A stretch of 64,000 nucleotides of DNA from the human T2T-CHM13v2.0 reference genome, Homo sapiens, in the NCBI RefSeq assembly GCF_009914755.1, contig NC_060942.1; one strand, written 5' to 3'. A program made the translations under genes and the position numbers. Below, one piece after another: positions 58,090 to 64,000 of this stretch (position 1 is the stretch's first letter; the number at the start of each line of letters is the position of its first letter). The notes beneath the pieces were generated by a model. It made no database searches. It was not told the DNA's origin and worked only from the letters and a program-made list of their open reading frames with translations.

Positions 58090-60613
58090 TGAACATTCTT
58101 TTCAAGTGGGCATGGAATATATACCCAGACAGACCATATCCTGGGTCATAAAATAAATCTCAACAAATTTAAAAGAATTGAAATGTGGTTCTCAGACCAC
58201 AAAGTAGAAATCAATGAGAAAGATAACTGAAAAAATTCCAAACAAATGAAAACTAAATAACCCATCAATCAAAGAAGTTTCAAGATAAATAAAAAAACAT
58301 AAAATATATTGAAAATAAAAATAGCAAAATGAAATTTATCGGAAACAGCTAACGTAGTCCTGGTAAGACAATGTGTATCACTAAATGCATACAACATGAA
58401 AGAAAAAAAATTACCAAATAAATTTTTAAGTTATCCCAAAAATCCAGAATAAGAGTAACAAAATGAACACAAAGCAAACAAAATAAAGAATAGTAAAGAT
58501 AAGAGAAGACATAAAATTGAATACAATAAAGAAAATCAATAAAACAAGCCTTTCTTTTTTGAAAAGCCATCTGTGAAATTGACAGACCTCCAGCAAGACT
58601 GACAAAGAACAAAAAAAGACTCAGATTTCCATTATCATGAGTGAAATTATATATCATTACAGACGTTACTTACCTCAAAAAGTTAATAAAGAAAAACTAC
58701 AAACATCTTTACACACATACATTTGACAACTTAAACAAATAGGCTTCTTCTTTGAAAAACACAACTACCTCAACTTACACAATATGAAATAGATAATTTG
58801 AATAACCTCATATCTATGAAAGAAATTGGCTTCATAATTTTAAAACTCCTCCCAAAGAAATACCGTGACCCACACATGATATCACTATTTGATAGAGAAT
58901 TTAACCACATTTTTAAAGATAAAATGGTATCACCTTTGTACTGTATCTCCCAGATACTATCTCTCCTTTAACTTATTCTATAAGACCTTTAGTACCCTAA
59001 TACAAAAACCATATAAAACTATTATAGGGAAGGGAAATCACAGACATATATCTCTAATGAACATTAATATAGAAATTCTCAACAAAATACCAGCAAATTA
59101 AATTCATCAATATATACAAATAATTATCCATCATGAATAAAAGGGGTTTATTCTATGTATACAATGCTGGTTCAGTGTTCAAAAATCAATAAATGTACTT
59201 CACCACATTGACAGGCTAAAGAGGAAATATTCATGGTCATATTAATTGATGCATTAAAAACATTTGCCAAAATTTGGCATACACTCTTGACAAAAAAATC
59301 ACAGAAAAGCTAATAATGGAAGAAAATTTGCACAGCATAATAAAGAGCATTTACAAAACACATAAAGTCAACATTATACTTAAAGGTGAATGCTTTAAGC
59401 ATTTAAGTGAATGCTTCCCCGTTAGGATCAGGAACAAGGCAAGGATGTTACTTCTCACTACTCTTATTCAACCACAGTGCTATACATTTTAGGCAGTGAA
59501 ATAAAGCAAACACAACATATATGAATGCATTAAAGATAGGAAATAAGGAAATAAAACTGTCCCTATTTGCAGATGATGTGATTTTCTGTAGAAAGCATCA
59601 AGAGTTCTACAATACAATATAAATAAAAAGAAAAGAAAATCATCCTAGAACTATTAAATAAGTTCAACAAGTTTGCAGGATACAAGATAAACAGCAAAAT
59701 CAATTATGCTTCTATATACAAGTAATAAATATGTGGACACCAAAATTAAAAATTCAATGCCTTTTTTGATCCTTTGAAAAAAATGAAATACATGGTTATA
59801 AATCGAACAAAATGAGCACAGTATTTGTATCCTGAAAACCGTACAATGTTGATGAAACAAATAAAAAATTTAAATAAATGGATGGACAGTCTATATTCAT
59901 AAACTGGAAGGCCAAACACAGTAAAGAATTTAATTCTTCTTAAAATGATTTATAGTTTTTACAAAATTTTAATCAAAATACTGGAAAGATTCTTTGCAGA
60001 TACAGACAAGATTGTTCTAAAATTTATATGGAAAGGCAAAGTAACTAGAATAGCTATAACGACTTTGAAAAAGTAAATTTGGGAGAATCAGGCTACTGAA
60101 TTTCAGTAATTAATAGCTACAGTAATTAATACTGGGTAAGGTTGGTGGAAGACTAAGTACATACGTCAATGGAATAAACAGAGCACCCAGAAATAGACCC
60201 ACACATATATATACATAGATATCAAAGCAATTAAATGAGGAAATAATAGCCTTTTCAACAAATAGAGATAGAGATATGAGTATACACACAGGGAAAACAA
60301 CAACTAAAAAGGTAAACCTTGATACAGGTGTCACACATTAAACAAAAATTAACTAAAAAGGAATCAAAAACTGAAATGTAAATTGTAGAGGTATAAAACC
60401 TGTAGGAAAAGAATAAAAGAAAATCTTCAGGATATAGAGCAAGAAAGAGTATTTTCAGATGTGACACCAAAAGCATGAACCATCAAAGTAAAAATTGATC
60501 AAATGGATATCATCAAAATCAAAAATATATATATTTGCTCTGTTAAGAGCATGAAAAGCAAAGCTATAGAACGAGAGAAAATGTTTGCAAACTAAATATC
60601 TGAAAAAGGGCTA

Positions 60614-62982
60614 TGATATGGTATGGCTATCTATCCCCTACAAATCTCATGTTGAAATGTGATTCCCACTGTTAAAGGTGGGGTCTGGTAAATACACCAT
60701 GAGTGGCTTGGTGTACTTCCCATGGTAATGAATGAGTTCTCATCCTGTGAGTTCACCTTAGAGCTGGTTGTTTAAAAAAAGCCTGGCGTATCTTTTATTC
60801 TCTCTCACCATGTGATATGCTGGCTCCTCTTTCAGCTTCCATCATGATTGTAAGCTTCCTGATGCCCTCATCAGAAGGAGGTGCTAGCACCAGTTTCTGT
60901 ACATCCTGAAGAACTATAAGCCAAAATAAGTCTATTTTCATCATAAATTACCCAGTCTTAGGTCTTCCTCTGTAGCAATGCAAATGGACTAACACAAAAA
61001 AATTGGTACTAAGAGTTGTGCATTGCTATAAAGATACCTGAAGATATGGAAGCAAGTGTGAAACTGAGTAATTATTAGCAGAGGTTGGAAGAGTTTGCTG
61101 GGCTCAGAAGAAGACAGGAAGATGAAGGAAGGTTTTAAGCTTCTTAGAGACTGGTTAAATAATTGTGATGCAATGCTAATAGACATATAGACAGTGAAGA
61201 ACAGGCTGATGAGGTTTCAGCTAGAAATGATGAATTTATTGAGAACTGGAGGAAAGGTCACACTTGTTATGCTCTAGCAAAGAATGTGGCTACATTATGT
61301 TTATTTCCTAGGACATTGCAGAAGGCTGAACTTATGAGTAATGACTTAGGGTATGTGGCAGAAAATATTTCTAAGCAGCAAGGTGTTCAAGAGTTGATAA
61401 GGTGGCTTCTAACAGTCTACACTCAGTTGAGGGAACAAAAAAAAATACTAAAAGTTGGAACTTATATTTAAAAGGGAGGCAGAGCACAAAAATTTGTGAG
61501 GCCATAACCTGGTCATGTGATAAAGAAGAAAAAAGCATTTCAGGAGAGGAATACAGGAAGACTGGAAAGCAACCACCTGCTAAAGAGCTTTGTATGACTA
61601 AAAGAAAGCCAAGTGCTAAAAGATATGACAGTGGGGAAAAGGCCTGGAAGACATTTGAGAAATCTCTGAGGCAGCCCCTCTTATCACAGTGTCAGAGGCC
61701 TAGGAAGAAAGAATGGTTTTGGGGACCAGGCCCAGGTCCCTGCTTCCCAGCACAGCCTCAGGACACTGCTTCCAGTATTCTGGTTGTTCCAGCTCCAGCC
61801 ATAGCTCAAAGTGCTCCAGACACAGCTCTGTCTGCCACTTTGAAGAGCATAAGACTTAAGCCTTCATAGTTACCATGTAGTGTTAAGCCTGTAGGAATGC
61901 CTAATGCAAGAGAGAAGGAAACTTGGCAGCTTCTACAAAGATTTCAGAGGATGTATTGGAAAACCTGGGTGCCCGGGCAGAAGCCTAGTGTGGGGGAGAT
62001 CCCTTATAACCAAAATCTACTAGTGAAGTAATGAGGGGGAAATGTGGGGTTGGAGCCCCACCCACCCACAGAGTCTCCACCAGGGTACTGCCTAGTGAAG
62101 CAGTGGGAAGGGGGCCACTTCTCTCCAAACTCTTATGATAGAGACACCAGCAGCTTGCAACCTCATCCTGGAAAAGTCACAAAGGAGGAGCTGCCCAAGG
62201 CCTCGGATGCCCACCACTTGCACCAGTGAGCCCAGGATATGGGACACGGAGTGAAGGATTATTGTGGTGCTTTAAGGTTTAGTATCCGTCCTGCTGGGCT
62301 TCAGTCTTGTGCTCAGCCTGTTGCCCATTACTTTTGGCCAGTTTCTCCCTTTCAGAATAGGAATGTTTACTCAATGCCTATACTACTATTATATCTGGGA
62401 AGTAAATCACTTGCTTTTGGTCTCACAGGCTTATCGGGAGAAATAACTCATCTCCAGATGAGACTTTGGACTTGGGTCTTGGGACTTTTGAGCTGATGCT
62501 AGAATGAGTTAAGCCTTTGGGAGACTATTGGGAAGGCATGATTATATTTTGCAATATGAGAAAGTCATGAGATTTGGGTGGCCAGGGGCAGAATGATATG
62601 ATTTGGATATTGATATGATTTGAAATATGATTCCTAATGTTGGACATGGGGCCTGGTAGGAGGTGTTTAGGTCATGAGGGCAGATCCTTCATGAATGGCT
62701 TGGTCCCTCCCCTTGGTAATGAGTAAGTTCTCACTCTGAGTTCACAGAAGAGTTGGTTGTTCAAAAGAACCTGGCACCTTTCTCTCTCTCACCAGGTGAT
62801 GTCCTGCCTTCCCTTTCACCTTCTGTCATGATTGTAAGCTACCTGAGGGCCTCACCAGAAGCAGATGACAGCAACATGCTTCCTGTACAGCCTGCAGAAC
62901 TGTGAACCAAAATTAACTTCTTTTCATTGTAAATTACCCAGTCTCAGGTATTCCTTTATAGCAATGTGAAAGGACTAACACA
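60614..62982 (+). mobile_element. Complete MSTB-like MaLR provirus (5' LTR 60614-60996, internal region, 3' LTR 62594-62982)
   Basis: Two TG...CA LTRs; internal region starts 'aaaattggtact' and ends in the purine tract 'ccaggggcagaa'; 5-bp TSD ggcta/agcta; host L1 resumes after it. Confidence 0.93.
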
Positions 62983-64000
62983 AGCTACTATCTAGACTAT
63001 ATAAAGGACTTTCAAAACTCAACAGTCAATAACAATCTGATCAGAAAATAAGCAAATTATACAAAGAGATATTTCATCAAAGAGGATATGAAAACAAAGA
63101 AGTTCATGAAAAGAAATTTGACATCGTTTGTTCTTAGAGTCATGCAAATTAAAACCACTGTGAAATATTACTTCACACATATCAGAATTGCAAAAGTAAA
63201 AAATAATAGTAACAATGCCAAATGCTGGAGAGTACACAGAGATTCCTGTTTACTCATGCAAACTTGGTGGAAAAGCAGAATGGTACTGCCACTCTGAAAA
63301 TCCACTGGGCATTTTCTCAAAAAAAAAAATAGACGAGCAACTACCATTAGATCCAGAAATTGCAGTTGCATTCCTGGACAATTTATCCCAGAGAAATTCA
63401 GACTTATATTTATAAAAACTCATACAAAATTATTTATAGCAGCTTTATTTGTAATGGCCCAAAACAAGACACAACCCAGAGGTCCTTCAGGGATGAATGG
63501 TTAAACAACCGTGATACATCCATATTATAAAATGCATTCCAAAATGGAAAGGAATGAGCTTTTCATACACACAACAACCTGGATGAATATCCAGAGGATT
63601 ATACTGTATAAAAAAAGCCAATTACAAAAAGTTACATGCTATATGACTCCATTTATATAACATTCTTGAAATGACAAAATTATAAAAATGGAGAACAGAT
63701 GATTTGTTGCCAGGAATTAGTAGTGAGTAGATGGGAGAAAAACAGGTATAGATCTAAAAGGACAACCTAAGGGATCCTTGTGGTGATGAGAATGTTCTCT
63801 ATCTTTAATATATTGACAATATCTTGCTTGTGATATTGTACTATAGTTTTGCAAATTATTGCCATTGGAGGAAACTGAGCAGAAGGCACATGGGATATCA
63901 CTGTGTTATTTCAAACACATTCATATATTTCTAAAATGATCTCAAAATACAAAGTTTAATTGAAAATACAGGATGGCCAATCAAATTTGAATATTGCGTG

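Larger units (their letters stand above)
55130..63966 (+). mobile_element. Near full-length decayed L1MD-type LINE (5'UTR, ORF1, ORF2, 3'UTR), interrupted by an Alu and an MST provirus
   Basis: Colinear ORF1 (about 56.1-56.8 kb) and ORF2 (about 57.2-63.4 kb) motifs; L1MD 3' end 'gggatccttgtggtgatg...gtgatattgtactatagttttgcaa...atctcaaaatacaaagtttaatt'. Confidence 0.85.

Overview
AT-rich, CpG-depleted primate genomic DNA, most likely human or ape, judged from AluY/S/J, THE1, MST, MLT2A1 and L1PA/PB elements. It reads as intergenic or deep-intronic, and by eye more than half is transposon-derived. The content includes several large decayed L1s (two close to full length), eight Alu or Alu-monomer copies, a complete MSTB-type MaLR provirus, many solo LTRs (MER34/39, MLT1, MST, THE1, MLT2, MER21), hAT DNA transposons (MER63, MER53, MER5), and MIR and L2 relics. 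I found no protein-coding gene, RNA gene or CpG island. The supplied ORFs are transposon remnants or chance frames. I did not find a convincing undescribed biological system. The best second-look items are structural: a tail-to-tail MER21 LTR pair joined at an intact tRNA-Leu primer-binding site and overlapped by inverted Alus; a locally generated 23-bp hairpin inside MER53; independent duplications at the same palindromic L1 3'UTR site in two L1s; a micro-inversion in an MLT2 LTR; an MLT2A1 LTR with a DUX4-type motif; and an unexplained hairpin/microsatellite composite at 6.4-6.56 kb. Subfamily names come from recalled consensus sequences, not from a RepeatMasker run, and boundaries of old elements are approximate.
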